Shown here in pieces: positions 1 to 9,839 of a stretch of DNA of 64,000 bases. Source of the stretch: an uncultured Candidatus Saccharibacteria bacterium (lineage in GTDB: Bacteria; Patescibacteriota; Saccharimonadia; Saccharimonadales; JACQNP01); the NCBI GenBank assembly GCA_964590725.1, contig CAZPWF010000002.1, positions 38,846 through 102,845 of the forward strand, given 5' to 3'. The notes under the pieces were generated by a model that made no database searches, was not told the origin of the DNA, and was given only the letters and a program-made list of their open reading frames with translations. A program made the position numbers and the translations under genes. Each line of letters opens with the position of its first letter. Within the stretch, counting starts at the first letter, position 1.

Positions 1-1739
1 TTAAAAACTTTTTTCCAAACAACGCAGTTCATTACTTCGTAAGCTACTTTGATTATTATCAGCCCGAAGCTTATATTCCTCGGAGCGATACTTACATAGA
101 GAAAGATAGTCAAATCAATGAAGAGATTGATCGTTTGCGTCATGCGGCTACAGATTCTCTACTATCTCGCCGGGATGTGATCATAGTTGCTAGCGTTAGT
201 TGCATCTACGGAATCGGATCAGTTAGTGATTATGACAGTATGGCCGTAACAGCTAAGGTTCGCGAACGTCGTGTTCGGGACAAGCTACTAAGACAATTAA
301 CAGACATTCAGTATCAACGAAACGATATTGATTTTCACAGAGGCACATTCCGGGTGAGGGGTGATGTGGTTGATGTTTTTCCCGCAGGTGAAGAGGTAGC
401 CTACCGAATAGAGTTTTTTGGTGACGAGATTGATAGAATTACCCAACTAGACCCGCTTACTGGCGAGGTATTAGCCAAATTAGATAGCATCAAGATATTT
501 CCAAGTAGTCACTATGTTACTCCTCAAGATAAGTTAAAGTTCGCGTTAGTTAAAATCGAGAAGGAACTTGATGAGCGGCTTGGTTATTTTAAAAAACATG
601 GCATGCTGGTTGAGGCTCAGCGTTTGATGCAACGAACTCGATACGATATAGAAATGCTGGAAGAGACCGGATTTGTCAAAGGAATTGAAAACTACAGCCG
701 TTATTTAACTGATCGAGAGCCTGGCGACCAACCAGCCACATTGTTAGATTATTTTCCTGATGATGCTCTGATGTTTATTGATGAATCACACATGACCGTG
801 CCGCAGATTCGCGGTATGTATAACGGTGATCGAGCTCGCAAGGAAGTTTTAGTTGAGCACGGCTTTAGATTACCGAGTGCACTCGATAATCGGCCTTTAA
901 CGTTTACTGAATTTGAGAAACACGTAAATAAAGTTGTTTATGTTAGCGCTACCCCTGCTGAATATGAACTGTCACGAAGCCCAGAGCCCGTTCAACAGGT
1001 TATTCGTCCTACTGGATTACTTGACCCACCTATTGAAGTCCGACCTGTTGATGGGCAGGTTGACGACCTTATAGCTGAAATTCGCGCAACTGTCGCAAAG
1101 AAACAGAGAGTACTTGTAACGACACTGACAAAACGTATGTCAGAAGATCTTACGGACTATCTCAAAGATATAGGAATCAAGGTTACTTATCTTCATAGTG
1201 ACGTTGACACCTTGGATCGGACAGATATTTTGAGGGATTTACGTTTGGGCGTTTATGACGTTGTAATAGGTATAAATTTACTTCGTGAAGGACTTGATTT
1301 GCCCGAGGTGAGCGTGGTGGCGATTCTTGATGCAGATAAAGAAGGATTCTTAAGAAGTTCGCAAGCACTCATTCAAACAGTAGGTCGGGCTGCCAGACAC
1401 AGCGAGGGACGAGTCATTATGTATGCTGATCGTATAACCGGAAGTATGCAATATACGATCGACGAAACAACACGTCGTCGTAAAATCCAGGAAGAGTACA
1501 ATTCGAAACATAAAATCACTCCAAAGGGTATCGCAAAAGCAGTAGAAAAAGGCATGCGGCCAGACTTGCCCGAAGAGGCAAAACGAGCAAGACTGGATCT
1601 CAAAAAGATTCCAAAAGATGAGTACGGACATCTTATTAAAGATCTGACCTCCCAAATGGATTTAGCTTCTGCAAATCTTGAATTTGAAAAGGCCGCAGAA
1701 CTCCGTGATATCATTTCAGACATCAAAACTAAACTTTAG
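1..1739 (+). CDS. uvrB: Excinuclease ABC subunit B (UvrB), 5'-truncated by the window edge
   Basis: Frame 3 is open from nt 3. Translation upstream of the ORF-track Met reads [35 protein letters not shown], a typical UvrB core. Helicase motifs follow ([19 protein letters not shown]), then the C-terminal UVR motif [10 protein letters not shown]. Confidence 0.95.
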   Translation, partial: KNFFPNNAVHYFVSYFDYYQPEAYIPRSDTYIEKDSQINEEIDRLRHAATDSLLSRRDVIIVASVSCIYGIGSVSDYDSMAVTAKVRERRVRDKLLRQLTDIQYQRNDIDFHRGTFRVRGDVVDVFPAGEEVAYRIEFFGDEIDRITQLDPLTGEVLAKLDSIKIFPSSHYVTPQDKLKFALVKIEKELDERLGYFKKHGMLVEAQRLMQRTRYDIEMLEETGFVKGIENYSRYLTDREPGDQPATLLDYFPDDALMFIDESHMTVPQIRGMYNGDRARKEVLVEHGFRLPSALDNRPLTFTEFEKHVNKVVYVSATPAEYELSRSPEPVQQVIRPTGLLDPPIEVRPVDGQVDDLIAEIRATVAKKQRVLVTTLTKRMSEDLTDYLKDIGIKVTYLHSDVDTLDRTDILRDLRLGVYDVVIGINLLREGLDLPEVSVVAILDADKEGFLRSSQALIQTVGRAARHSEGRVIMYADRITGSMQYTIDETTRRRKIQEEYNSKHKITPKGIAKAVEKGMRPDLPEEAKRARLDLKKIPKDEYGHLIKDLTSQMDLASANLEFEKAAELRDIISDIKTKL

Positions 1740-1790
1740 TGAAAAATAATAATTGATAAAATGCAAACGGGGGTGTATAACTAGTCTGCT

Positions 1791-2549
1791 ATGGAAATAC
1801 CACAGGGAGATTATGTTGTAATTGGTGACATACATGGCCGCGTCGATAAATTACAAGCGGTCTACGATTTATATGGTGATAGACCAGATGGCTACCTTTC
1901 GACTGGTGATAATATTGATGGTCCAGACTCAAAGCGGTGTATAGAAATTCTTATGAAGTATATGGGTGCGCTTATAGTTGACAGTAATCACGAGCGAAAT
2001 CTTCGAAGTGCTATGTATCACCCAGACGAAGAAGTTAGAAACATCGCTGCAACAGCGTTGTGGCCGAGAACCCACGATCGTCTGTTGGAGTCCTATGGCG
2101 TTTATCCTGGTATTCCATCCCCGGGTATGGCTATTAGGCTTAAAGAAAAAATGGAGAATCTTGGGCACATGCAGTACCTCGAGAGTGCCTCGGGGTATAT
2201 TGAAGGAGAGGATTTTGCTTTAATTCACGCTGATGTAACGGAGGAAGATTGGCAAAAACAGCGAAAAGATATAGATATTTTTGAAGCGACTTGGCTGTAT
2301 GAATCAGATGAGCGCATAATGCCATATCAGTTAGGTGATGACGTAAAAAATGTGGTCGAGAGTAACTTGGCGGCGAGCGGTCTGAGCAAAACACTTATTT
2401 CCGGACATTTTCATCATTCCACACGAAATATCGAGGATAGAAAGTTGAATAACGGTCAGCATTTGTTGTTGGCAACATGGCCTAATAACGATTATGTATT
2501 TACCTATGAGACCTGGACAAAGCAGATCAGATTAATCGATCTAGTCTGA
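1791..2549 (+). CDS. Calcineurin-like metallophosphoesterase (PPP/ApaH-like phosphatase family)
   Basis: Motifs GDIHG, GDNIDG and SNHE occur in the canonical order. A -10-like TGTATAAC lies at 1774-1781, 9 nt upstream of the ATG. Confidence 0.7.
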   Translation: MEIPQGDYVVIGDIHGRVDKLQAVYDLYGDRPDGYLSTGDNIDGPDSKRCIEILMKYMGALIVDSNHERNLRSAMYHPDEEVRNIAATALWPRTHDRLLESYGVYPGIPSPGMAIRLKEKMENLGHMQYLESASGYIEGEDFALIHADVTEEDWQKQRKDIDIFEATWLYESDERIMPYQLGDDVKNVVESNLAASGLSKTLISGHFHHSTRNIEDRKLNNGQHLLLATWPNNDYVFTYETWTKQIRLIDLV

Positions 2550-3659
2550 GATTAGGTTATGGGCATCGTTAAATATTTGTTGACCGTCCAGTTCTTTTTT
2601 CGCGACATGGGCGTTTCTGAATGCATGATTACGGGCAAGTATATAATCTAGTGTTTCAGGGTCGGCAATTGTTAAATGACTACCTTCAAGAGGTGTTATG
2701 CGTACATTTTTGTGATTTGCAAATATTTCTCGCCAAACCTTTGGCATCGAAGCAAAATCATCATCAAAACAAGTAATATGAATTATCTTATCATTTGTTA
2801 TTAGTCGTGCCAGATCTCCTGCTTCACCGCTGAAGAGGGCTGGACCCATACCTATTTGATGAGCAATTGAATACGGATGAGGGTCTATTGTAGAGGGATA
2901 ATGAATTAGTCTAGATAAGCCAAGTTTGCCCGCTAATTTAAGGATTGATTTTGGTTCACTGATTAGATGGCCCGACAATCCTAGCAAATCTTTTAATTCT
3001 GCCTTTCTTGGAAAGCAAGGGGCTGTTAAATCTGCGAAGACAATGTCTTGACCAAAAAGCTCATCCAATGCAAGCATACCCATTCCTGCCATCGCTCCTC
3101 TTGATTCACCTATCAGAATTCTCTTTTTCTGATCAAGCGTGTAGTGATAACCGCTTGCGATCTCAGTAGTAAAATTTAAGACTGCTGCTGCTGAGCTTGC
3201 CAGCGAAATACCTTCTTTAGGTATAGGGTATTTTCCGTCGGGCCTATAACTTCCTTCTGGGCCTACAAAAATAAATGGCAAACCATTTTCTACAAAACGT
3301 CGTAATGTATGCTCGTTATGACCACGACTACTTGTAACCCAGGCGCTAGTTTGTATTGCTGGAATATCTGTAGAGAGTACATTGGGTATGCCTACGGCGG
3401 CATCATATGCGTATCCAAGGTTTGTAATAAATCCATAACGTTGAATGTATCCGTTGTCGATCGTTTCTTCTGATAAAAGTTGTGGTTTTTCTTGAAAACT
3501 TGAACTGACTTTTAGCCAATTTAAGCGTTCGAACAAATTAAAAACACCCACTTCTTTATCGGTGGGTGTAATTGGTTTTTGGGCTGTTTCCGGTACGAGA
3601 CTTAGATGACTACTTTGTGGAGTGTAACTAACGAACTCGCGTTCCCATTCATTTGACAT
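2541..3659 (-). CDS. Alpha/beta-hydrolase-like protein (putative)
   Basis: 372-aa ORF with the nucleophile-elbow-like motif GESRGAMAG. It is convergent with the phosphoesterase gene and overlaps it by 9 nt. No closer family could be recognised by eye. Confidence 0.45.
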   Translation of the reverse strand: MSNEWEREFVSYTPQSSHLSLVPETAQKPITPTDKEVGVFNLFERLNWLKVSSSFQEKPQLLSEETIDNGYIQRYGFITNLGYAYDAAVGIPNVLSTDIPAIQTSAWVTSSRGHNEHTLRRFVENGLPFIFVGPEGSYRPDGKYPIPKEGISLASSAAAVLNFTTEIASGYHYTLDQKKRILIGESRGAMAGMGMLALDELFGQDIVFADLTAPCFPRKAELKDLLGLSGHLISEPKSILKLAGKLGLSRLIHYPSTIDPHPYSIAHQIGMGPALFSGEAGDLARLITNDKIIHITCFDDDFASMPKVWREIFANHKNVRITPLEGSHLTIADPETLDYILARNHAFRNAHVAKKELDGQQIFNDAHNLISD

Positions 3660-3736
3660 TATTTGTGTCCTATTACAATGCTTATCCTAATGATAGAACT
3701 TTTTCGAAAAACTGCAAACTATTTGAGCTGCAACAG

Positions 3737-3745
3737 TGGTATAAT
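3737..3745 (+). promoter_or_regulatory. Extended -10 box TGGTATAAT, 8 nt upstream of the gatC ATG (leaderless-type promoter)
   Basis: TGGTATAAT at 3737-3745 and ATG at 3754, with no Shine-Dalgarno sequence between them. Confidence 0.5.
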
Positions 3746-3753
3746 AAATTTAA

Positions 3754-4047
3754 ATGGCGAAATTAACACGAGAAGATGTCTTAAAATTGGCTCAGCTGTC
3801 TCGTCTTCAATTATCCGAAGATGAAGTAGTTCGCTTTCAAAAAGAAGTCGGCGCTATTCTTGAATACACAGAACTACTCCAGTCTGTAGAGTTAGACGGT
3901 ATTGAGCCCACTTATCAAGTGACTCAGCTTGAGAGTATAACTCGACCAGATGTAGTTATAGATTATGGTATGGACCAACCAGCTTTACTGAAAAATGCTC
4001 CAAAGACAGAGCAGGGTCATATAAAAGTGAGGAGAATGCTAAAGTGA
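3754..4047 (+). CDS. gatC: Asp/Glu-tRNA(Asn/Gln) amidotransferase subunit C
   Basis: 97 aa, with LAQLSRLQLSEDE...ILEY...L..V typical of GatC. The stop overlaps the gatA GTG start (GTGA). Confidence 0.9.
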   Translation: MAKLTREDVLKLAQLSRLQLSEDEVVRFQKEVGAILEYTELLQSVELDGIEPTYQVTQLESITRPDVVIDYGMDQPALLKNAPKTEQGHIKVRRMLK

Positions 4048-5465
4048 GCCAGTGGTCAAGTATTTCTGATATCGCTTTGGGGGTTCAGTCTTCTAAACTT
4101 TCGGCAGTGAAACTTGTTGAAAAAGCTTTAAAAACTATTGACGATCACAATGAGTTCAATGCTGTCGTTTCGTTAACAAAAGACCGTGCATTAGAACGAG
4201 CCAAAGAGGTTGATCGGCGAGTAGAAAAGGGTGAAAAAGTTGGCCGTTTGTGTGGAGTCCCCTTTATAGCTAAAGACAATTTTTTGACATTTGGTTCTGA
4301 TACCACTGCGGCGAGCAACATCTTGAAGGGTTTTAATGCTCCATATCAAGCGACGGCTATAGAGAAACTCGAAGCCGAAGGTGCGATTTGTGTTGCTAAA
4401 GCCAATCTTGATGCTTTTGCGCATGGCTCTAGTACTGAAAACAGTGACTTTATGGTAACAAAGAATCCACACGATAAAACAAGGGTGCCAGGCGGTTCGT
4501 CTGGTGGATCTGCAGCAGCGGTTATTCTCGATATGGTGCCATTTGCACTAGGAACTGACACCGGCGGTTCAATAAGACTACCTGCAGCTTATTGTGGTGC
4601 AGTAGGATTTAAGCCGACGTATGGTTTGGTATCTCGTTCGGGTGTTGTTGCTATGGCTAGTAGTACCGATGTTATAGGCCCGTTAACTCGCACTGTTGAG
4701 GATGCTGCCTTGGTATTGGATTGCATGGCTGGACGAGATCCACTAGACAGTACTACTATTGAACGAGACAAAGTTCCCTATACTACACTAGACACTCCGC
4801 TCAAGGGTGCTCGTATAGGTGTAGTAAAAGAGTACTTCGCTGATGGGTTGGAAGCTGATGTAAAGATAAGTATAGAAAAAGCCATAGCCCAACTAGAAAA
4901 AGCTGGCGCAACGGTAGATGAAGTAAGTTTATCTTCTTTACCCAGCGCTCTGGCTTGTTACTACATAATTATGCCTGCTGAGGTCAGCAGTAATCTGAGC
5001 CGCTATGACGGGCAGCGATATGGATTCTCGCATCCTGAGGCTAAAACCCTCGATGAAAGTTATTTATGGTCAAGAAGCGAAGGTTTTGGGCACGAGGCAA
5101 AGCGCCGCATTATGATCGGTGCATATGTTTTGAGTAGTGGCTATTACGATGCTTATTATAGAAAAGCCCAACAGCTAAGAACGAAACTTATTTCAGAATT
5201 CGAAGAGGCATTTAGCGACCATGATTTTTTGGTGGGACCAACTGCACCTAATGTTGCTTTTGAAATTGGCGTCAATGAAGATCCACTACAGATGTATCTT
5301 ACTGATATTATGACTGTTGCTTCTAATCTAGTTGGAGTGCCCTCTATAAGTATCCCGGCAGGTCAGGTTGATAATCTTCCTGTAGGATTGCAGTTGATAG
5401 CGCCCCGCACTCATGATCGTCAATTATTATCAGTCGCAAATAAGGCAGAGGAGATTATCGTATGA
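4044..5465 (+). CDS. gatA: Asp/Glu-tRNA(Asn/Gln) amidotransferase subunit A
   Basis: Amidase signature GGSSGGSAAAV. GTG start with GAGGAG about 10 nt upstream. Sits between gatC and gatB. Confidence 0.95.
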   Translation: MSQWSSISDIALGVQSSKLSAVKLVEKALKTIDDHNEFNAVVSLTKDRALERAKEVDRRVEKGEKVGRLCGVPFIAKDNFLTFGSDTTAASNILKGFNAPYQATAIEKLEAEGAICVAKANLDAFAHGSSTENSDFMVTKNPHDKTRVPGGSSGGSAAAVILDMVPFALGTDTGGSIRLPAAYCGAVGFKPTYGLVSRSGVVAMASSTDVIGPLTRTVEDAALVLDCMAGRDPLDSTTIERDKVPYTTLDTPLKGARIGVVKEYFADGLEADVKISIEKAIAQLEKAGATVDEVSLSSLPSALACYYIIMPAEVSSNLSRYDGQRYGFSHPEAKTLDESYLWSRSEGFGHEAKRRIMIGAYVLSSGYYDAYYRKAQQLRTKLISEFEEAFSDHDFLVGPTAPNVAFEIGVNEDPLQMYLTDIMTVASNLVGVPSISIPAGQVDNLPVGLQLIAPRTHDRQLLSVANKAEEIIV

Positions 5466-5893
5466 GTCCAGAATTGATTTTAATTATTACTTTTGGGGTT
5501 ATAGTTACGGCCGTATTGATAGCTGTGATTTACAGGAAAGTTCCAAAGCGTTTAAAATCTGCAAATTATAATAGCCAATGGAAAGAATTGCAGAGTTTGT
5601 GCAAAGACAAAAAAACATGGCCAGATGCACTAGTTGCGGCCGACTCTCTGCTCGATAAAGCACTCAAGAAGCGTAAATTTAAGGGTAAAACCATGGGTGA
5701 GCGAATGGTGTCAGCCCAAAAGATTTTTACCGATAATGATGGTATTTGGTTTGCTCACAATTTATATAAGAAAGTCGCATCACAAGAGATTAGCCGTTTG
5801 AAAGAGATAGACATAAAAGAAGCGTTAGTTGCATATCGTCAAGCTTTAAGAGACATAGGAGCATTGAGCAGTGATCAGCCCAAAAAGGTATAA
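5462..5893 (+). CDS. Small single-pass membrane protein embedded in the gatCAB operon
   Basis: 143 aa with an N-terminal TM helix (LILIITFGVIVTAVLIAVIY) followed by a Lys-rich soluble part. It has an ATGA overlap with the gatA stop and a 23-nt overlap with the gatB start. Confidence 0.5.
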   Translation: MSPELILIITFGVIVTAVLIAVIYRKVPKRLKSANYNSQWKELQSLCKDKKTWPDALVAADSLLDKALKKRKFKGKTMGERMVSAQKIFTDNDGIWFAHNLYKKVASQEISRLKEIDIKEALVAYRQALRDIGALSSDQPKKV

Positions 5894-7319
5894 AGGTTAT
5901 ATCCCGACTATAGGTGTTGAATGTCACGTTCAATTGCGAACTAAGACTAAACTTTTTGCTGCCGTAGAAAATGACGCCAGAGATGCCGCACCTAATACGC
6001 TTGTCAGCCATATTTGTCTTGGTATGCCTGGTGCTCTGCCCGTACTTAATGAAAAGGCCTTAGAGTATGCTTCTCGTTCAGGCTTTGCCCTACATGTTCG
6101 TCCTCAGCCTTATAGCGTCTTTGAGCGTAAACACTATTTCTATCCAGACCTTCCTAAGGGCTACCAGATAACACAATTAAGTCAGCCAATTGTCGTGGGC
6201 GGTTACGTGGATATTGTTGCAGACGGTGTGCCCTATAAAGTGCGCATAAATCGTGTTCAAATAGAAGAAGACGCAGGCAAGAGCACACACCCTAGTGGAA
6301 AAGATTATAGTCTTGTTGATCTGAATCGTGCTGGTACGCCACTTCTTGAAATTGTTTCCGAGGCAGATATGCATAGTGCAGTTGAAGCTAAGGCTTATGC
6401 TTACGAGTTGTGGCTTTTGATGCGCTATGCAGAAGTTTCAGATGCAGATTTGTACCACGGGAACATGCGTTTTGATGTTAATGTTAGTGTTAGCAAGAAT
6501 CCAGACGAACTTGGCTTACGCACGGAAACAAAAAATATTAATAGCTTTAAAGCTGTTGAAAAATCAGTTGAATACGAAATCAAACGGCAAGTTGAACTAC
6601 TTGAAGATGGTAAGCCTGTTGTTCAGGAAACTCGTGGTTGGGACGATGCAAAACAGAAAACATTTAGTCAACGCAGCAAAGAAGATGCCCATGATTATAG
6701 ATATTTTCCTGATCCTGATATCCCGCCTGTTGTTCTTAGCGAAGACTATATTTCAGAAATCGAAAAAAATATGCCCAAAATGCCACATGAATACCGCGAT
6801 ATGCTTGAAAGCATCAATATTGATCGCTCAACAATTGACGTAATCATTGCCGACCCAAGGTCTAGCAAGCTTATTGAAACTATAAATACTCAATGTGGCT
6901 CAGATCATGCGCGAAGAGTTGCTCTATGGATAGTTAATACTAATAATACTGAAGAATCTAACTCAGAAAGCCAGCCTTTTGTGGTTACGTGGCAGAACGC
7001 GGTAAAATTGTCTCAACTTGTAGTCGACAGTAGGTTGAGCTCTACGGCAGCCAAGGAAATATGGGTGGAAATATTTCAGAATAATACAGACGCAGAAGAT
7101 GTCGCTAAAGATAGGAATTTACTTCAGCTATCAGATGAAGGCGAGATTGAAAAAATAGTGGCTCAAGTTTTGGAAGATAATAAGCAAGCAGCAGATGATG
7201 TTAGGGGTGGTGAAATGAAGGCAATAGGTTTTCTTGTGGGTCAAGTCATGAAAGCTTCACAGGGCAAGGCCAACCCAGGACTGGCTCAAAACTTAATTAA
7301 AAAACAGCTTGGTATCTAG
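5871..7319 (+). CDS. gatB: Asp/Glu-tRNA(Asn/Gln) amidotransferase subunit B
   Basis: PTIGVECHVQL, HYFYPDLPKGYQITQ and DLNRAGTPLLEIV are typical GatB blocks. GTG start with TAGGAG 9 nt upstream. Confidence 0.93.
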   Translation: MISPKRYKGYIPTIGVECHVQLRTKTKLFAAVENDARDAAPNTLVSHICLGMPGALPVLNEKALEYASRSGFALHVRPQPYSVFERKHYFYPDLPKGYQITQLSQPIVVGGYVDIVADGVPYKVRINRVQIEEDAGKSTHPSGKDYSLVDLNRAGTPLLEIVSEADMHSAVEAKAYAYELWLLMRYAEVSDADLYHGNMRFDVNVSVSKNPDELGLRTETKNINSFKAVEKSVEYEIKRQVELLEDGKPVVQETRGWDDAKQKTFSQRSKEDAHDYRYFPDPDIPPVVLSEDYISEIEKNMPKMPHEYRDMLESINIDRSTIDVIIADPRSSKLIETINTQCGSDHARRVALWIVNTNNTEESNSESQPFVVTWQNAVKLSQLVVDSRLSSTAAKEIWVEIFQNNTDAEDVAKDRNLLQLSDEGEIEKIVAQVLEDNKQAADDVRGGEMKAIGFLVGQVMKASQGKANPGLAQNLIKKQLGI

Positions 7320-8107
7320 TTTTCGGCCGAACGGTCGCCTGACATAATTCTCATACCACGCTTTACCGGCTCAGGAACTAGATCTATTAGGTTAAGTGCA
7401 GAGTCGCCAATGGAACGTAAAGTAGACTCTAACTGAGAGCTGCTAGCGCGCGTAAATCTCTCAATATTTCTAAAACCATCAAGATAGTAGATAGGCTTGA
7501 CCAAAACGTCGCAATCTACAGCCTCGTCTATTACTAAGTCTTTGGACAAGTACTTCGTTAGAATCTGTCGACTGGTTCTTCTATAGTCTCTAAATGATAT
7601 ATTAGTACCAGCTAGCTGGCATGTCTCTGCATAAAATCTAAAGGAATTAATTAAAAATCCGGGGTAGGTTCCAAAAACGTTTGCAATGTCGGCCATACAG
7701 GTTAATTTTTCTTCTGGAGTTTCTGGGATAGCATCGAGGTGAGTTTTTAATACACAGCCCCTAACACCTTTTATAAATTGATCGCTCATATTTATTTCAG
7801 AAAGTACTTCACCTGCGATATCGGCGGAGTAGGCTTCTTTTGACTCGTATTTCTTTGGTAATTCTTTGGCAACGTTTGCATCATGAAAAAGCACGGCGCT
7901 GCCAACCATTAATTTATCGATATTAATTTTACCGGACTTTTCATACTGTGCGCACCGATTAAGTGCAAAATTATAACTATATAAAATATGCCCGCTCCAA
8001 TTATGGTATGGTAGCTCGGGTTGCATGAATGGTTTTGCTAACGTCTTTAACCTTTCAAGAGCCTCATATGTCTCGATTTCTTTATCTAATTTAATTTCTT
8101 CACTCAT
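7316..8107 (-). CDS. HD-domain-like phosphohydrolase (putative)
   Basis: H...HD pattern (WSGHILYS ... VLFHDANV). 263 aa, convergent with gatB with a 4-nt overlap. Confidence 0.45.
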   Translation of the reverse strand: MSEEIKLDKEIETYEALERLKTLAKPFMQPELPYHNWSGHILYSYNFALNRCAQYEKSGKINIDKLMVGSAVLFHDANVAKELPKKYESKEAYSADIAGEVLSEINMSDQFIKGVRGCVLKTHLDAIPETPEEKLTCMADIANVFGTYPGFLINSFRFYAETCQLAGTNISFRDYRRTSRQILTKYLSKDLVIDEAVDCDVLVKPIYYLDGFRNIERFTRASSSQLESTLRSIGDSALNLIDLVPEPVKRGMRIMSGDRSAEN

Positions 8108-8161
8108 AACTAAATCACAATTGTACTACCAGAAACATTATCTGCAAGCATAAACACTGCA

Positions 8162-8170
8162 TGGTAATAT
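8162..8170 (+). promoter_or_regulatory. Extended -10 box TGGTAATAT, 7 nt upstream of the galU ATG
   Basis: TGGTAATAT at 8162-8170 and ATG at 8178, with no SD. Confidence 0.45.
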
Positions 8171-8177
8171 AGAAGTA

Positions 8178-9065
8178 ATGAATAAAAAACCTGTCAGAAA
8201 AGCAGTTATCGCAGCGGCCGGTTTCGGCACACGTTTTCTTCCTCAAACAAAAGCAATGCCCAAGGAAATGCTACCACTGGTAGATAAGCCTGTTATTCAG
8301 TACATAGTCGAAGAGTTAGTAGAAGCGGGTATTGAAGACATAGTGATTGTTACTGGTTATCATAAGCGATCAATAGAAGATCATTTTGATCATATGAGCG
8401 CAGAATTAAGGTTAAATCTTAAACAGGGTGGCAAAACTGAGTTACTTGAAGAAACTAAACGAATTTCTAATTTGGCCAACTTCGCATATATTAGGCAAAA
8501 AGGTCCGTACGGTAACGGCACTCCGTTATTGAACGTCGAACATTTAATTGGAGATGAACCATTTATATACACCTGGAGTGATGATTTTTTTGTAGCATCG
8601 CCGTCTAGATTTAGACAAATGATAGAAATATATAATCAGTATGGCTCAAGTGTATTGAGTGCTATGCAAGCACAAGATCCAAAAGATTATGATCGTTATG
8701 GGTTCGCCAGCGGACAACAAATTAATGATGGGCTTATTTCGATCGACACAATAGTTGAGAAACCTGGTCATGAGAATGCGCCATCAGATTTAGCGACAGT
8801 AAGTGGCTTTTTATTGACGCCAGATATATTTAAGTATCTACACGAAGCGGTGGACAAACTTCGAGAAGGTCAAGAATTTTATACCAATGATGCCTTAAAA
8901 CTAATGATTGCAGACAATAAGCAAGTACTCGCCTATAAAGTTCGTCATGGTAAATACTACGACGCAGGAAATAAGTTAGAATACTTAAAAACAGTTGTTG
9001 ATTTTGCGCTTAAACATGAAGATTTAAACGAAGATTTTCTAGCATACCTTAGAGCCATAGTATAG
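8178..9065 (+). CDS. galU: UTP--glucose-1-phosphate uridylyltransferase
   Basis: N-terminal AAGFGTRFLPQTKAMPKEMLPLVDKPVIQYIVEE is the GalU/UGPase signature. Confidence 0.9.
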   Translation: MNKKPVRKAVIAAAGFGTRFLPQTKAMPKEMLPLVDKPVIQYIVEELVEAGIEDIVIVTGYHKRSIEDHFDHMSAELRLNLKQGGKTELLEETKRISNLANFAYIRQKGPYGNGTPLLNVEHLIGDEPFIYTWSDDFFVASPSRFRQMIEIYNQYGSSVLSAMQAQDPKDYDRYGFASGQQINDGLISIDTIVEKPGHENAPSDLATVSGFLLTPDIFKYLHEAVDKLREGQEFYTNDALKLMIADNKQVLAYKVRHGKYYDAGNKLEYLKTVVDFALKHEDLNEDFLAYLRAIV

Positions 9066-9077
9066 ATTTGTATATTA

Positions 9078-9086
9078 TGGTATAAT
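9078..9086 (+). promoter_or_regulatory. Extended -10 box TGGTATAAT, 6 nt upstream of the ATG at 9093
   Basis: TGGTATAAT at 9078-9086 and ATG at 9093. Confidence 0.45.
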
Positions 9087-9092
9087 TATATT

Positions 9093-9335
9093 ATGAATGA
9101 GGCAGAACAAGTATTAGTAATAATCTTATCAAGTGCACTAGCAGTATTCTTAGTGCTAGGAATAATCACACTTATATTGAGCATACAAGTACTAAAAAGC
9201 TTCAAAAGACTCTCTGCAAAAGCAGAAGAAATTGGCGATAAAGTCGAAGAAACAGTACGAACAATGTCTGTATTTAAGGCATTGGCATCGATAACAGGTG
9301 TTCTTAATAACATTACACGAAGTAAAAGGAGTTAA
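9093..9335 (+). CDS. Small membrane protein, DUF948/YtxG-like (putative)
   Basis: 80 aa with an N-terminal TM helix and a short coiled segment. It lies immediately upstream of a YtxH-like gene, as in general-stress ytxGH pairs. Confidence 0.5.
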   Translation: MNEAEQVLVIILSSALAVFLVLGIITLILSIQVLKSFKRLSAKAEEIGDKVEETVRTMSVFKALASITGVLNNITRSKRS

Positions 9336-9339
9336 TGAC

Positions 9340-9753
9340 ATGGCAAAGAATAATACTAATTTAGCATTGGGCGTAATAGTTGCTGCCGCTGTAGGTTATG
9401 CAGCCGGTTTGTTAACTGCGCCAAAAAGTGGCAAGGAAACCCGTGAAGACATAAAAAAAGTCGCCATTAACACAAAAAGACAGCTAGAAGTTAAGCTAAA
9501 ATCTTTAAGTGCTGATGCTTCACAGCTGCTTAAAGACGCTAACACGCGCCTGAAGACACTTTCTGGGGCAGCTAAAACTGAGCTTAAAGAAGCAATCGTA
9601 CGCGCCCAGATGGCTAAAGATAAGGCCAGAGAGGTATTGAGCGCTCTTCATGAGGGTGAAGCAGATGACGAAGATCTCAACAATGCGGTTCAAGATTTAA
9701 AGACTTCACTTCAACACCTTAAAATCTACGCATCTAAGTCACAAGAAGATTAG
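9340..9753 (+). CDS. YtxH-domain protein (general-stress-type, membrane-anchored coiled coil)
   Basis: GLLTAPKSGKETREDIKK is the YtxH signature. I chose the ATG at 9340 (MAKNNTN), which has AAAGGAG upstream, rather than the ORF-track start at 9298. Confidence 0.6.
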   Translation: MAKNNTNLALGVIVAAAVGYAAGLLTAPKSGKETREDIKKVAINTKRQLEVKLKSLSADASQLLKDANTRLKTLSGAAKTELKEAIVRAQMAKDKAREVLSALHEGEADDEDLNNAVQDLKTSLQHLKIYASKSQED

Positions 9754-9839
9754 TTAGCTGTTCGTAAAACCAAAGCGTTGTAATTAATAGTGTCGAAAAG
9801 AAGGCGCCAATTGATTAAAATGTAGTAGAGAGGGTATAG

